From positions 13,020,001 to 13,084,000 of the forward strand of contig OX597828.1 of assembly GCA_951406725.2 (NCBI GenBank): 64,000 nt of DNA, written 5' to 3'. Both the position numbers and the translations under genes were made by a program. The stretch is from Octopus vulgaris (Eukaryota). The notes below the pieces were generated by a model. It was not told where the DNA came from. It did not search any database and was given only the letters and a program-made list of their open reading frames with translations. This document shows positions 46,501-59,263 of the stretch, piece by piece (the first letter of the stretch is position 1; every line of letters begins with the position of its first letter).

Positions 46501-49500
46501 ACGTCCATTTTTCATGCTAGCATGGGTTGGACGGTTTGCCTGGAGTCTGGGAAGCCAGGAGGCTGCACCAGGCTCCAGTCTGATCTGGCAGTGTTTCTAC
46601 AGCTAGATACCCTTCCTAACGCCAACCACTCCATGAGTGTAGTGGGTGCTTTTTACGTGCCGCTCCACTAGACAGTAAAAATATATAAATATATTCTGTA
46701 TATGAAATAATAAATATTCAACAATTTTTAAAAAGTTTCTATGATTTCTATTATTATTTATTTTTAATTCCAGACTTGAAGGCTACCCCATATTCCTTAT
46801 GCTTCTGGGATTTGCCGGACTCTTTTATCCTGTAAGAAATTCACTTTTTTATTATATGTGTGTGCTTGTATGTGTATGTACAGGGTGTTCATAAATTATC
46901 TTTACAACTTCCACAATTGTATTGTATTGAGTAGATGTGTTGTATGCAACCAATGAAGCCCACATGGAAGGGTTCTGTGGTTTCTAAAAACTTTTTTTTT
47001 TTTTTGCATAGTCATGAATTCCCAAAAATCAAAAAAGTTATTAGGGGTTACATGTCATGTGTAAAACAGAATTATGCTTTTTTTTTTTTCTGAATTTTTC
47101 TAATTGTAAAGGTAATTTATGGACACCCTGTATCGTGTGACAGTGATACGTAAAAGACACTCTCTACACTTTTGGAGTGATTAGTGTTAGGAAGAACATC
47201 CAGCTGTAGAAACCAAACCAAAACCAGACTGGAACCTGGCACAACTCTCCGGTTTACCAGTTCCAGTCCAACCAGCTAACCCATGCCAGCATGGGAAACA
47301 GATGCTAAATGATGATTACTCTGTTAAATGTAACACTTATTATATATTCACATTGTTTTGAATTATCGTAAATCCTCGAGTATAATCCACATTTTTCCCC
47401 CAAAATCTAAAGGTCAAAATCCCTAGTGCATACTATATACGAGGTTAAACATGAAAAATATTTTCTAAGCAATGTCCGAGTCTCTATTTGCTGTCTGGCA
47501 ATGTTTATTCAGATGCATTTTGTGATGTCGGCGTGAAAATACCTTAAGCTTAGCCTGAAAGCAATGAAGTCATAAAAGAATCATCCATAACTTGCAGTAA
47601 GCAACATTTATTAAAATAAAAGTATTCAGAACACAGGATAGCATGTAACAAAAACAATTTGCAAACATATTCACATTCCTGTATAACAGTTTAAAACATT
47701 ACCATTATTGTTTTACTCATGCGCGGAAGAGTTTGTTCAACTAGGTGCTGCTGGCTTAATTACACATGATTCAAGTTAGAGAAGTGGTGCGTATTATATA
47801 CAAGGTTTAGGTATTTCAGAGGTACAGCCCCCTAAAAATCCCCTGTGTATTATACTCAAGGACGTACTATACTCGAGGATTTATGGTAATCATGAGTTAT
47901 ATCTTGTGGCTTCAAGATTTCGATGATGTCATTGTTTTATATTTAGAATGACATTGTAGGATAGGTGTGAGAGGCAGGATCTAGTCAGTGTGAACATAAA
48001 ACAGGTAGAATATTTTGACCAGATATGGCTGGTTTAAATACTAAAAGGTTAAATGAATATAAATTGAAACATTCCATCAAGGTTTCGAGTAGTATGTCTC
48101 ATGTTAAGTTATATTCCAAATACCACAATTTATGGCAAGTGATACGAGTAAATTCTTCAAATGATTTCAAATGAAAGCAGTGTATTTCAATAAAAATAGG
48201 GTAACAAAAGGATCCATATGAACAAAAATTTAATTATTTTCTAAAGACTTCATTTTTTTATTATCATTATTTTCAAAACTCAAATATAAACTAAAAATAT
48301 GAAATATGGTACAAATTGGTTAACTAATACCTTTAAGCACTGTTTTTAAACACTTTGTGTCTATTTTATTTTGTAGATTGTCTGTACTATTTGTGGAGTT
48401 CTGTGGATTATTGGCAAAGTAATCTATGCTAATGGTTACTACACTGGAGGTAAGAATATTCTGGAAGCATTCTTTATTACAGGTTTCAATCATTAGACTG
48501 CAGCCATCACCTACAAGTATCAATCCCAATACTTTGATTCATATTTTATCAATGTCTATCAAATGGCTAAGTCCACCTTGGCATAAAGGGATGTCACCTG
48601 GATAGATAAATAAACTTTTGACCATACCATGCTTTCAGTCCTAGAAATGCAATACTCAAAAGTAGGTTGGGATGGTCATCGGCGGAATGCCTTTGATTAT
48701 AGATCTGTTCAGTTGGAGCTGACCTGAATTAAAAAACATCAACCGTTATTGTGACTTGCTAAGGCAGCATGCTGGCAGAATCATTAAAATGTTGGAAAAT
48801 TGTGTTGTGGTTCTTTATATTTTGAGTTCAAATCTTATCGAGGTTAAATTTGCCTTTTATCTTTGTAAGATTGGTAAAACGATATACCAATTATGTACTG
48901 AGGTCAATGGTATTGATTAACCCTTTCCCTTAAAAACTACAAGCATGGTGTTAGGAAGGGCATCCAGCCATAAAAAACCATGCCAAAACAGACACAGAAG
49001 CCTAGTGTAGTCTTCTACCTGAATGGCTCCTGTTAAACCGTCCAACCTCTGCCAGTATGGAAGGCAGACGTTAAATGATGATGATGATGATATTACCTTT
49101 ATTTCATCATTTTTGAATTCCGTTCTCACATTCCAAGATGGACTTCTGCCTGTCTAACCCTTCCCTCCATTAGCTAAAACAACTGAAATAAAGACTGATA
49201 AACAACCGAATTCCCCTTGCTTCTTTCTCTGTTAGCTAAAACAACTGATGACTGCTAACCTTGTATTAAATTACTGGTGGTATTTTCTTTTATTTCTGAA
49301 AGCCGAAATATCTGTTTACAGCCACTAAATGTCAAGATAAACTTCAAACTCTACCAATTTCTTCTGCCCGCCCGATAAGGCTCAGCTTCCTTGTCTTGAA
49401 TTGATTGTTGTTTAACCTGAGGTCAGGCTTAATTAAGCTGACCTATGATCAGTTCTACTAAAAATAAATTTCTGATAACTACTTATATTAATATTACTCC

Positions 49501-51965
49501 TAAAAATTGAAAACTTTTAGGAGTAATATTATATATAATAGTATATGTCTGAATGAACCAGTGTATGTATGTATGTATGTTATTATTCAGTTTATTTCAA
49601 GATTTCTTGCCAATAAAAAAAGAACCGGTTTCTAACTTAGGTCCAAGGCTCCTTCATTGGAATTTTAACATCAGCAACAGGATATTTTGTTTGTTTGTAT
49701 GTGTGTGTGTGTATGTATGTATGTATGTATCACTATCATCATCATTATTTTCCTATGACTTGCACAGCCAGTCATTGGAGCTAGTCCAGATGCTCTGGCA
49801 GTCAGCTGTTGCCAATGACCTTTGTCTTTCACTATAAGTGGAAGGATTGTGGTGTCGATGTTTATCTCCTCATCATTATCATCATCATCATTTAAAGTCT
49901 GTTGTCCATGCTGGCATGGGTTGGACGGTTTCACTAGGGCTTGTAAGCTGGAAGGCTGCACCAAACTCCAATCTAATTTGACATGGTTTTCTATGGCTGG
50001 ATGCCCTTCCTAATGCCAACCACGGAGAGTGTAATGGGTGCTTTTATGTGCCACCAGCAAGGACATGCCACTGACCTATTCTTTGATATTGTCAGACTAA
50101 GATTTTCTCTCTCTATCTCTTCCTTGCTCTCCTTCATCTGGGTCCTGGAGAATGGGTTTAGACACAAGGGCCTGGTAGGGTACATGTCCTTATGAGGTGA
50201 GCTTTTGATATTTCACTACAGCGAAGAGTGCTTCCCACCTGCTAGTATATTCATTTATTCTTTTACCTGTTGCAGTCATTAGACTGTGGCCATGCTTGTG
50301 CACCTTCTTGAAGAATTTTAGTCAAATGGATCAATGCTAATACTTTTTTTTATATATTGGTATTTATTGTATCAGTCTCTTTTGCTGAACTGCTAAGTTA
50401 CAAAGATGTAAATAAACGAATATTGCTTGTCAAGTGGTGGTGGGGGACAAAGACACACACACACACCGGGGTTGATGAAATCAACTTATCCCCTCCCCCA
50501 AAATTGCTGGCCATGTGCCAAATTTGGTTTTATGCATTATCCACTTCAGCCTTTCAGGCTCGATAAAATGAAGTACCAGTTAAATAATGGGGTTGATGTA
50601 ACCAACTAATCACCTCTCTATAATATTGATGGGCTTGTGCCAAAATTTGAAACAATTATCATAATCATTATTTCACTTGTTTAACCCTTTCATTACCATA
50701 TTTCTTTTGAGATGCTCTGTGTTTCTTTCAATTAATTTTAAACATAATAAAGAATATAATAATGAAATTATTGTATACAGTGCTCAGGTGCACCACAATT
50801 TGTCAAAAGTGCGTATAAAGTATATGCAGTAATGTACAAATGTCTGGAAAGTGAACAGTGTATGAGTCAGATACATATTTGCGTGTGTATGGAGGGGAGA
50901 AAATCAGGTGTAGTGTTGGTGAATCTCAGGAAGCATGGAAGTTTTGAAGGATGCAGTGCTCCGACAACTAACAACTGATGCTGGCAGTTTGTTCCATGCT
51001 TCAGCAACTCTTAGCGTGAAAAAATGTTTCCGAAAGTCATGGGAGCTGTGCTGTTTTCTGACTTTGTAAACATGTCCACGGGTGTTAGATAGGTGGTGTT
51101 TGAAAAGGTGCTCAGAGTTATTGTTTGTAAGATGGTTAATAATTTTATGGGTGTCTGCCAAGTCAGCTGCCAGACGTCTGAGTTTCAATGTATCCATGCT
51201 CAGGGAAGTAAGGCGTTCAGAATATGGCAAATGCCTGATGGAGGGTATTCTCTTGGTTGCACGTCGCTGAACGGCTTCCAGATGATTAATATCCTGGGCA
51301 AGATAGGGATTCCAGACCAGGTGCGGTCGTACCATACCTATATAAAACCGCAGATAGATAGCCGGAGAGCAGCTCACAAAGGACTTGGTGAATGATGCCA
51401 AGACACCCTCAGCCTTCTTGGCAATTTTAGCGTTGTGTTTTGTCCAACGCAAATTGCAAATATAGTAAAATAACTTAGTTCTAATTATGCTAGTATTAGG
51501 AACATAAATTGTGACTAAGGCTTGGTGGAAGATTTTAATTCAAAACTTATGAAAACAAGACATTTCAGCTGGGTTGGTATCAAAAGGGTTATTCATTCTC
51601 AGTTCAAATTCTGCCAAGGTCAACTTTGCCTTTCAGGGTCAATAAGTACCAGCTGAGTACTCAAGCTTGTGCAAAAGTAGAAAGGATTATTATTATTATT
51701 ATTATTAGTGGAGGCGTGTGGCTTTGTCGTTAGGGTGTCAGCGTCATAATTGTAAAATTGTGGTTTCGATTCCTGGACTAAGCGACGCGTTGTGTTCTTG
51801 AGCAAAACATTTCATTTCACGTTGCTCCAGTCCACTCAGCTGGGAAAAATGAGTAACGCTGTGATGGACTGGCATCCCGTCCAGCTGGGGAACACATACG
51901 CCATTGAAACTGGGAAATCGGGCTCTTGAGCCTGGCTAGGCTTTAAAAAGGGCGCATTTATTATT

Positions 51966-51999
<34 letters not shown>

Positions 52000-53656
52000 G
52001 TATAAGGCAGTGAGCTGGCAGAATCATTAGCGTGTCAGGCAAAATGCTTTGCAACATTTTGTCCATCTCCATGTTCTGGATTTCAAATTCCACCAGGTTA
52101 ACTTTGCCTTTCATCTTTTTGGAGTCAATAAAGTGAGTACCAGTTGTGCTCTGGGGTCAATGTAATCAACTTAACTCTCCTGCCCCTCCCCCAATAATAA
52201 TAATAAATTGCCGCCCTTGTGGCAAAATTTGAAACCACCATCATCATCATCATCATATAAGGCAACAAGCTGGCTGAAACATTAGCATGTCAGGCTAAAT
52301 CCTTAGCAGTATTACATTGATCTTTGCATTCTGAGTTCAAATTTTGATGAGGTTGACTTTGCTTTTCATCCTTTTGAGGTTGATAAAATAAGTACTAGTC
52401 GATCACTGCCCCTTCCCACGAAATAGCTAGCATTGTGCTAAAATTTGAAACCAATATTTTTAAGGCAGTGATTAAGCAGAGCCATTAGTAACAAAACACT
52501 GAGTGGTACTTCTTCCAGCTCAAATTCCATCAAGGTCATCTCTGTGTTTCATCCTTTCTGAGTGAATAAAGTACCTTTCAAGAACTAAGGTCAATGTAAT
52601 CGACTTGCTTGCTGCCCCTAAAATTGCTCATCATGTCCTAAAATTTGAAACCATTATTAGTATCATTATAATTGTTATTATTTATTATTAAACTAAGGCA
52701 GCAAGCAGGCAGAATTGTCAGCGCACTGGATGAAATGCTTAGCAGTATTTCGCCCGCCACTACTTACTGAGTTCAAATTCTGCCGAGGTCGACCTTGCCT
52801 TTCATCCTTTCCGGGTTGATAAATTAAGAATCAGTCAATCAGTCAATGTGATCAACTCGCCCACTCTCCTCCAAATTTCAGGCCTTGTGCCTACTGGAGA
52901 AAGGATTATTTATTATGAGACAGTGTAACAAAATTTTGTCTTTTTGTCTTTGGTCAGTGTTATTTCGTAATTGCTTCTATCTAGAAATCAAAGGAAGAGA
53001 CTACTATTCCCTTCAAACTTTGCTTTTGTGACCTGGATAATCAATGTTTTCAAACTGACCTATTTTCCATTTCACTTCAGACATTCAGAATTGATGAAGC
53101 AGAAATAAATTCCACCGAGGTCGACTTTGCCGTTCATCCTTTCAGGGTCGATTAAATAAGTACCAGTTATGCACTGGGGTCAAGCCCCTTGTGGGCAGTA
53201 AAGAAACAAGAAATATAGCAAATATTCTGTTCAATACTACAGATTTGCTTGTCAGTTGTTTGACTTTAACCATTTGAGCATTTTCCTTAGTGGCTGACAA
53301 TATGTGCATCTCTGATCAAGAGCAGGAGTAGTGGGGGGGTGGGGTTGCATCATAGCCATATGCGGAGGGATTCTTTGGGGTTTGAATAAATGTAACAAAA
53401 GCAAAATTTGAAGGAAATATTAGCTATTTTTCATACTCTCTTGGGGTAAGCAAATAGGTAATAAGTTTCTACCCAAGGACAGAAATTGTGTTATACAGTG
53501 TTGTTATTATTAGTAGTAGTATCATTGTTATTATTTTCTTTTTTCTTTTTTTTTTCAGACCCCGAGAAGCGACGTCCTGGAGCATTAAGCTATTTAGGCT
53601 TGCTGCCCTTACTTGCAATGAGTGTAATGGTAGCAATTCAACTTATTTCTAAGTAA
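24141..53656 (+). CDS. MGST3: Microsomal glutathione S-transferase 3 (MAPEG family), complete spliced CDS: join(24141..24272,44101..44165,46774..46831,48377..48449,53559..53656), 141 aa
   Basis: 132+65+58+73+98 = 426 nt, all introns GT-AG, phases compatible. Protein MYMQVLELLPPAYGYVVLVAVASIFLIQWMGYKVMQARKKYDVKYPTMYSKDSNMFNCIQRVHQNTLEGYPIFLMLLGFAGLFYPIVCTICGVLWIIGKVIYANGYYTGDPEKRRPGALSYLGLLPLLAMSVMVAIQLISK has the MGST3 signatures ARKKY.V.YP.MY, FNCIQR.HQNTLE and GYYTG.P.KR..G. Confidence 0.96.
24859..24904 (-). ncRNA. Hammerhead-like motif in MGST3 intron 1 (antisense)
   Basis: UGUCG-CUGAAGA-G-GUCAC agaugu GUGAC-GAA-AGAUUU-C^CGGACA. Confidence 0.62.
31340..33600 (-). pseudogene. Fragmented hAT (Charlie/ZBED8-like) transposase relic interrupted by MITE, SINE and Helitron insertions
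   Basis: Minus-strand peptides LICTDKGPTMT (cf. ICTDGAPAM), HTEIMWLS (cf. HTEVRWLS) and ..GYFPED in the expected order; many stops. Confidence 0.6.
31971..33132. mobile_element. Two adjacent copies of a second TTAA/CCCTTT MITE family (31971-32559 with a SINE A inside; 32564-33132 with a Helitron inside); remnants at ~1957-2045 and ~47320-48052
   Basis: TTAA-CCCTTTA...TAAAGGG-TTAA ends and shared internal sequence. Confidence 0.7.
40040..40770 (-). mobile_element. R4/Dong-clade non-LTR retrotransposon, 3' fragment (zinc knuckle + restriction-like endonuclease); related piece at 61700-61905(+)
   Basis: Minus-strand translation KCRI..ETIQHITSQC..EYKRCHDNIAKIVHW..WYEHKP..RKPDIV..IIDIACP..EERKVNRY; 3' end joins (AAT)n. 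Confidence 0.85.
43304..43429. repeat. 40-bp inverted repeat inside an insertion in the (TA)n of a SINE A
   Basis: TAAAACATTACTTTATATAATTAGGGTTCAGCAAAAAAAT / ATTTTTTTGCTGAAACCTAATTATATAAAGTAATGTTTTA (one mismatch). Confidence 0.85.
43780..43997 (-). mobile_element. Short mariner-derived fragment just upstream of MGST3 exon 2
   Basis: TA-CGAGGAGGTGCTAAAAAGG terminus and a transposase-like C-terminal peptide KLKDRCNKCVNL. Confidence 0.55.
44101..44165 (+). CDS. MGST3: MGST3 exon 2 (YPTMYSKDSNMFNCIQRVHQN)
   Basis: TTTTCCACAG acceptor; AC|GTAATT donor. Confidence 0.96.
46774..46831 (+). CDS. MGST3: MGST3 exon 3 (LEGYPIFLMLLGFAGLFYP)
   Basis: TTCCAG acceptor; CCT|GTAAGA donor. Confidence 0.95.
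46881..47130. mobile_element. Tc1/mariner-type MITE
   Basis: TIRs CAGGGTGTTCATAAATTATCTTTACAA / TTGTAAAGGTAATTTATGGACACCCTG with TA on both sides. Confidence 0.85.
47366..47886. mobile_element. pogo/Tigger-type MITE nested in a TTAA-type MITE remnant
   Basis: TIRs (C/T)CGTAAATCCTCGAGTATA...TATACTCGAGGATTTATGG; TA TSD; host sequence resumes on both sides. Confidence 0.8.
48377..48449 (+). CDS. MGST3: MGST3 exon 4 (IVCTICGVLWIIGKVIYANGYYTG)
   Basis: TTTTGTAG acceptor; GAG|GTAAGA donor. Confidence 0.95.
50757..51458 (-). mobile_element. CR1-clade LINE, 5'-truncated; shorter copy at 19327-19790(-)
   Basis: VRPHL..WNPYLAQDINHLEAVQRRATKRIP...YSERL...RKHFFTLRVAEAWNKLP is a typical CR1 ORF2 C-terminus; (ATT)n tail; probable AATATA duplication at both ends. 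Confidence 0.9.
53559..53656 (+). CDS. MGST3: MGST3 last coding exon (DPEKRRPGALSYLG...QLISK*)
   Basis: Long poly-T then CAG acceptor; TAA at 53654-53656. Confidence 0.94.
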
Positions 53657-53709
53657 ATCATCCACAAAGATTTTTTTTTATTTTCACTTATTGTTTTAAA
53701 AGAAAAATG

Positions 53710-53727
53710 AATAAAATAACAAATAAA
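53710..53727 (+). terminator. Candidate MGST3 polyadenylation signals
   Basis: AATAAA at 53710-53715 and 53722-53727, just after the stop codon; the AT-rich context lowers specificity. Confidence 0.5.
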
Positions 53728-53868
53728 TATTTCTTGCAATGTAGGTTATCATTAAAAATATTTTTAAATTACTACTATTAACAAAAATAGTAGTATTGGC
53801 ACTACTGAAGCAAGTACTAAAAATTACTACTGTTGTTGTTGTTGTTATTATTGTTATTATTATTATTA

Positions 53869-53905
<37 letters not shown>

Positions 53906-54127
53906 TATTATTAAGGTGGTGAGTTGGCAGTATTGTTAGCATGCCATGCAAAATGCTCAGAAGTATTTCTCCTGTCGCTACGTTCTGAGTTCAAATTCTG
54001 CCGAGGTCAACTTTGCTTTTCCTCCTTTCGGGGTCAATTAAATAAGTACCAGTTACACACTGGAGTTGATGTGATCAACTTAATCCCTTCCCCCAAACTT
54101 CAGGCCTTGTGCCTACAGTAGAAAGGA

Positions 54128-54165
<38 letters not shown>

Positions 54166-57100
54166 GGTAGTGGTGGTTGACAGAGCTGGTAGAGAAGTTA
54201 GACAAACTGCTTCAAAGAATTTAGTTAGGGTTTCTCTCTGAGTTCAGATCCTGCTAAGGCCAACCTTGAAACTAATTAATTAGCATGTTGGACAAGATGC
54301 TTAGAGGCATTTCACGGCAGAATCTGTCTCTTTACATTTCCAATTTAAATTCTACTAAAGTAGATTTTGCCTTTCATCCTTCCTAGGATAATAAATTAAA
54401 GTACCAGTCAGATATTAGGGATGATGGTGTTGATTAAACACCTCACCTAAAAATTGCTAGCCTCGTGCCAAAATTTGAAGCAATTATTATTATTATTATT
54501 GTTGTTGTTGTTGTTGTTGTTATATTTAAGCTGGTAAGCTGGCAGAATCATTAGCACACCAGGTGAAATGCTTAGCGACATTTCGTCTGTCTTCACGTTC
54601 TGTGTTCAAATTCCAAAGTCGACTTTGCTCTTCATCCTTTTGTGGGGTCAATAAGTACCAGTTGAATACTGAGGTCGATGCAAAGAACTTAACCTCTCCC
54701 CCGATCTGGCTTGCCTTGTGCCAAAATTATTATTATTATTAGATTCCGCCAAGGTCGACTTAGCCTTTCATCCTTTCGGGGTTGATGAAATAAGTACCAG
54801 TTAAGTACTGGGGTTGATGTAATCGATTAGCCCCCTCCTGCAAAATTTCAGGCTTTGTGCCTTTAGTAAAAAGGATTATTATTATTATTATTAATAATAA
54901 TAATAATAATTATAATAATAAGCATTGTAGTTCTGTCCTGAAAAAGATTCTGTATATCTATGCAAACAGACAAGAAATATTTAATCACTTTCATTAATAT
55001 TTTTTCTCTCAAAACATTTATTAATCTATTTCATAATATTTACACTGCTGACCATTTTACTTTAATAATTTTTTTCACTGATGGCTTCTTATATTATTCT
55101 CGACAACAACAGATTGTGAGTCAATAACCACCATCAACCCACTCCATAAAATTAACGAATAAAAAAAATGTTTATCACATTTTCTGTTTATTCTTTATTT
55201 TGTTGTTGTTGTTGTTGTTGTTGATTTGTTTCTCAGGGTCAAAGGTTGTGAGAAAGTAGACAGGAGACAGATTGCCCACCGCCCGACCGACCAACTATCA
55301 CACCAACCGGATTTACAGAACCTGCACAGCGCACACGCATGCAAATATTAAATAACAAAACAAATTTCTATTGAAATTTTTTGTGTATATATATATACCT
55401 GTCTTGTTATGGGTATCTGTGTCTGTATGTGTGTGAGTGTGTTTTAGTCTTTGTTTGTGTGCTTCAGTATGTATAGTGTGAGTGTGTTCCAGTTTTAACG
55501 TGTGCTGGTATGTGTGGACGGGAGAATGTGTATTTGTCAATCTGCGTGTTAATGTGTCTCTCAACAGAGGTGCCTGTGGTAGCATGTTTATGTGTTTGCG
55601 TGCACACGCATTCACCTGTGTCTCGTTAGTAATGTATGCATGTCTTTCTCTCACTCTGGGTATATCTATCTCTTTCTCTCTCTCAGTATGAAAGTTTGAG
55701 TCTGTAAAGGTGGCGTGGCTTAGTGGTTAAGGGTATTCGGATCACGACCTTACGGTCATGAGTTCAATTCCAAGTGGTGCATTGGGCACTTGAGCAAGAC
55801 ACTTTACTTCATGTTGCTCCAGTCCATTCAGCTGGCAAAAATGAATAGCTCCTGTATTTCAAAGGGCCAGCCTTGTCACATTGTGTCATTCTGAATCTCC
55901 CTGACAACCACGTTAAGGATATGCATATCTGTGGAACGCTCAGCCACCTGCACATTAATTTCACAAGCAAGCTATTCCATTGGTTGGATTACCTGGTATC
56001 ATCGTCGTCATAACTGACAGAATGTCAGATGTTTTTTTAAGTTTGAGTCTATCTGTCTATTAGTGTGCTAGTGTCTATGTATGTATGTGTGTGTGTTTCT
56101 TTGTGTATCTGTCTCTATAAACCATCTAATCAATACTATATTTCTAATTATTGGCTCTATTACTAATTACCAATCCTGCCTTTTGCTAATTAATATCTTT
56201 TTGATAACTATTCTATTTGCTAATTACAGAATCTTGAATGTTGCTTTTACTACTTCAACTCAGCTACTTTGTTGTAGCTTAGCTATTACTATAATAAGCT
56301 GAAGAGGACTAAGAACTCAGCCCTGACATATACCCAGCCTGCACACTAACTTTCACACTTAACTCACTTTGCTGACAACAAACCTGTACAGGTTTGTGTG
56401 ACTCTCACAAGCAAACCATTAGACTTCAAAGAAGTGTTTCTCAGTCCACTCTGCTGACGAAAATGAGTTGCACCTGTATTTCATGCTGAGAACTACATTA
56501 ACGGTATGTGTGTCTGTTTAAGGTGGCAAGCTGGCAGAATCATTAGCACGCCGGGCGAAATGCGTAGCCGTATTTCGTCTGCCGTTACTTTCTGAAGTTC
56601 AAATTCTGCCGAGGTCGACTTTCCCTTTCATCCTTCCGGGGTCAATAAATTAAGTACCAGTTACGCACTGGGGTTGATATAATCGACTTAATCCGTCAGT
56701 CTGTCCTTGTTTGTCTCCTCTGCGTTTAGCCCCTTGTGGGTAGTAAAGGAATAGGTATGTGTGTCTGTGGAGTACTCAGCCACTTGCATGTTAATTTCAC
56801 TGGAACCCTTGTGCTAGTGAGTGTATCTCAACTGTTTTTTTCCTCGGGATCCTTTTGGCTCCTATTTTACTTGGATGGGTCCCCATAGCCATTCAATGTT
56901 AAAAAAAATCCTGTTATATTTTTATATTGGGTTGTCTGGAAAGTTTGTGCTGATTTATAGTAGCTTACCTTTCGACTTATTTTAGAACATGGCTGAGTCC
57001 ATAAAATAGGATTTGACTATACCTCCATTTAGAGCACAGTTTAAGCTACCTTTTCATGGAAGAAGGTTTATGTTCCTATAACCTGTGTCAGTTCTGTAAC

Positions 57101-57992
57101 CCTTTAAAATGAAAGATAAGAAAGTTCATTTTTGGCTCTTGATGTTGTAAGCTGAGGGTCTGCCATTATTATTTTCTGAAACAAAGATTATAATTATACA
57201 GAGTCAGCAAAAAATGCAGCAATGACCCCAAAAAAAGTATCTCCTCAAATACCTTACACACCCTGTATGATGGGATTCTTTCAGTTTCCATCTACCAAAT
57301 CCACTCACAAAGCTTTGGTTGACCCAAGGCTATTGTAGATGACAGTTGCCCAAGGTACCATGCAGTGGGACTGAACCTGGAACCATGTGGTTGGGAGGCA
57401 AGCTTCTTACCACACAGCCAAAAAGAAATCAATAAATTTTCACAAAAAAAAACACAAAAAAAAACAAAGAAAAACTTAAAATTGCAAAAAAGTTGAAACT
57501 GCCTGAAATTCTGACAAATACTTAACCTTTTCTATATCAACCCACCCGGAATCATCTCTCATTCTAAGGTTATCTTTACAGATTTTCTATAGCCAGCTGG
57601 GTATAATTTCTACAGAGGCGTAGGAGTGGCTGTGTGGTAAGTAGTTTGCTAACCAACCACATGGTTCTGGGTTCAGTCCCATTGCATGGCACCTTGGGCA
57701 AGTGTCTTCTACTATAGCCTTGGGTCAACCAAAGCTTTGGGAGTGGATTTGGTAGATGGAAACTGAAAGAAGCCCACCGTATATATGTATATGTACGTGT
57801 GTGTCTGTGTTTGTCCCCGCAACATCGCTTGACAACCGATGCTTGTGTGTTTACGTCCCCATAACTTAGCGGTTTGGCAAAAAGAGACCGATAGAATAAG
57901 TACTAGGCTTACAAGGAATAAGTTCTGGGGTTGATTTGCTCGACTAAAGGCGGTGCTCCAGCATGGCCACAGTCAAATGACTGAAACAAGTA

Positions 57993-59263
57993 CGAGGGAC
58001 GTTCAATAAGTAATGCCTCTGACCCACTTGCAGTTATTTGATCTAGCTGAAATTTTGCATGTGCAATTATTCATATCTCTATAGATTAAGTGGCAAATTA
58101 CAGCTCTGAACTAATTGTAGTTTCTGATTTACAGGTGTTTGAACTGAGTCAAGTGTGAAATGGAGCCTGTTGAGTGTCGAGCAGTGATCCGGTTTTGTAT
58201 TTGAAAGGACGCACACCACGGGAGACTTTTGATGAAATGAAAGTAACTTATGGTGATGATGCCCCATCATATGACCTTGTAAAACGCTGGCATCGTGAAT
58301 TCAAACATGGTCGGAACTCTGTGGAAACAGCTCCCAGATCTGGTCGCCCCCTTCTGCTATTGATGAGGCATCTGTCCGTCAAGTTGAGGCTGCCATTTTG
58401 GAAGATCGACGCATAACTATTCGCCAAATAGCCCATGAGATCAAGATTAGTACCGGGTCTGTGGAAACTATCATTCATGACCATTTGCATATGCAAAAGG
58501 TGTCTGCTAGATGGATTCCCAGGTTGCTCACACCTTTCCAGAAGCAAGAACACGTCGAGTGCTTGAGGATGAATTTGGAGATGTGCCAAGAAGATGAGTC
58601 AAAATTTTTCAAAAGACTGATTACACAGGATGAAACCTGGATCCATCACTATGATCCAGAGACCAAAGCCCAGTCAATGCAGTGGAAGCACCATGACTCA
58701 CCTCCTCTAAAGAAGGCAAAGGTGCAGCCCTCCGCTGGCAAGGTCATGCTCACAGTCTTCTGGGACCAGGATGGAGTAGTGATGACAGATTTCCTGGCAA
58801 AGGGTACCACAATTACAGGAGCCTATTATGCTTCACTTTTGAGGAAATTAAGAGAAGCTATCAAGAGAAGAGGCGAGGCAAGATCAGCAAAGGCATCGAC
58901 AATGCTCCGGTCCACAACTCGCGTGTCGCCAGATCAGAAGCACAGGCGTGCGGCTATGAACCCATCCCCCCTACTCTCCTGACCTTGCACCCTCTGATTT
59001 TCTCCTCTTTCCAGCCATGAAGTTGTTTTTGAAAGGAAAGCATTTTCCAGATGATGCAGCCTTGATTTCTGAAGTCACATCGTGGTTGGAGGACCAAGCT
59101 GGGGTCTTCTACAAAAACGGTCTCCAGAGCTGCATCAAATGATGGGAGAAATGGGTACCTCTTGGTGGTTCCTATGTAGAAAAAGACTAATAACTGTGCC
59201 AAGTTTCGTTGCTCTACTGCTATGGGAAGGGGGTCAGGGGCATTACTTATTGAACGCCCCTCG
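57993..59263 (+). mobile_element. Full-length (1271 bp) mariner element with frameshifted transposase pseudogene (~58160-59190)
   Basis: TIRs CGAGGGRCGTTCAATAAGTAATGCC; TA TSD inside the tail of a SINE A; motifs RSGRP, WIPRLL, TQDETW, DNAPVH, YSPDLAPSDF. Confidence 0.95.

Larger units (their letters stand above)
51590..54900 (+). repeat. Chain of co-oriented SINE B copies separated by (ATT)n, surrounding MGST3 exon 5; similar chains at 38200-40030(+) and 61190-63030 (mostly -)
   Basis: Repeated AAGGC..GCTGGCAGAA heads and ...GCCTTGTGCC...(ATT)n tails. Confidence 0.8.
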
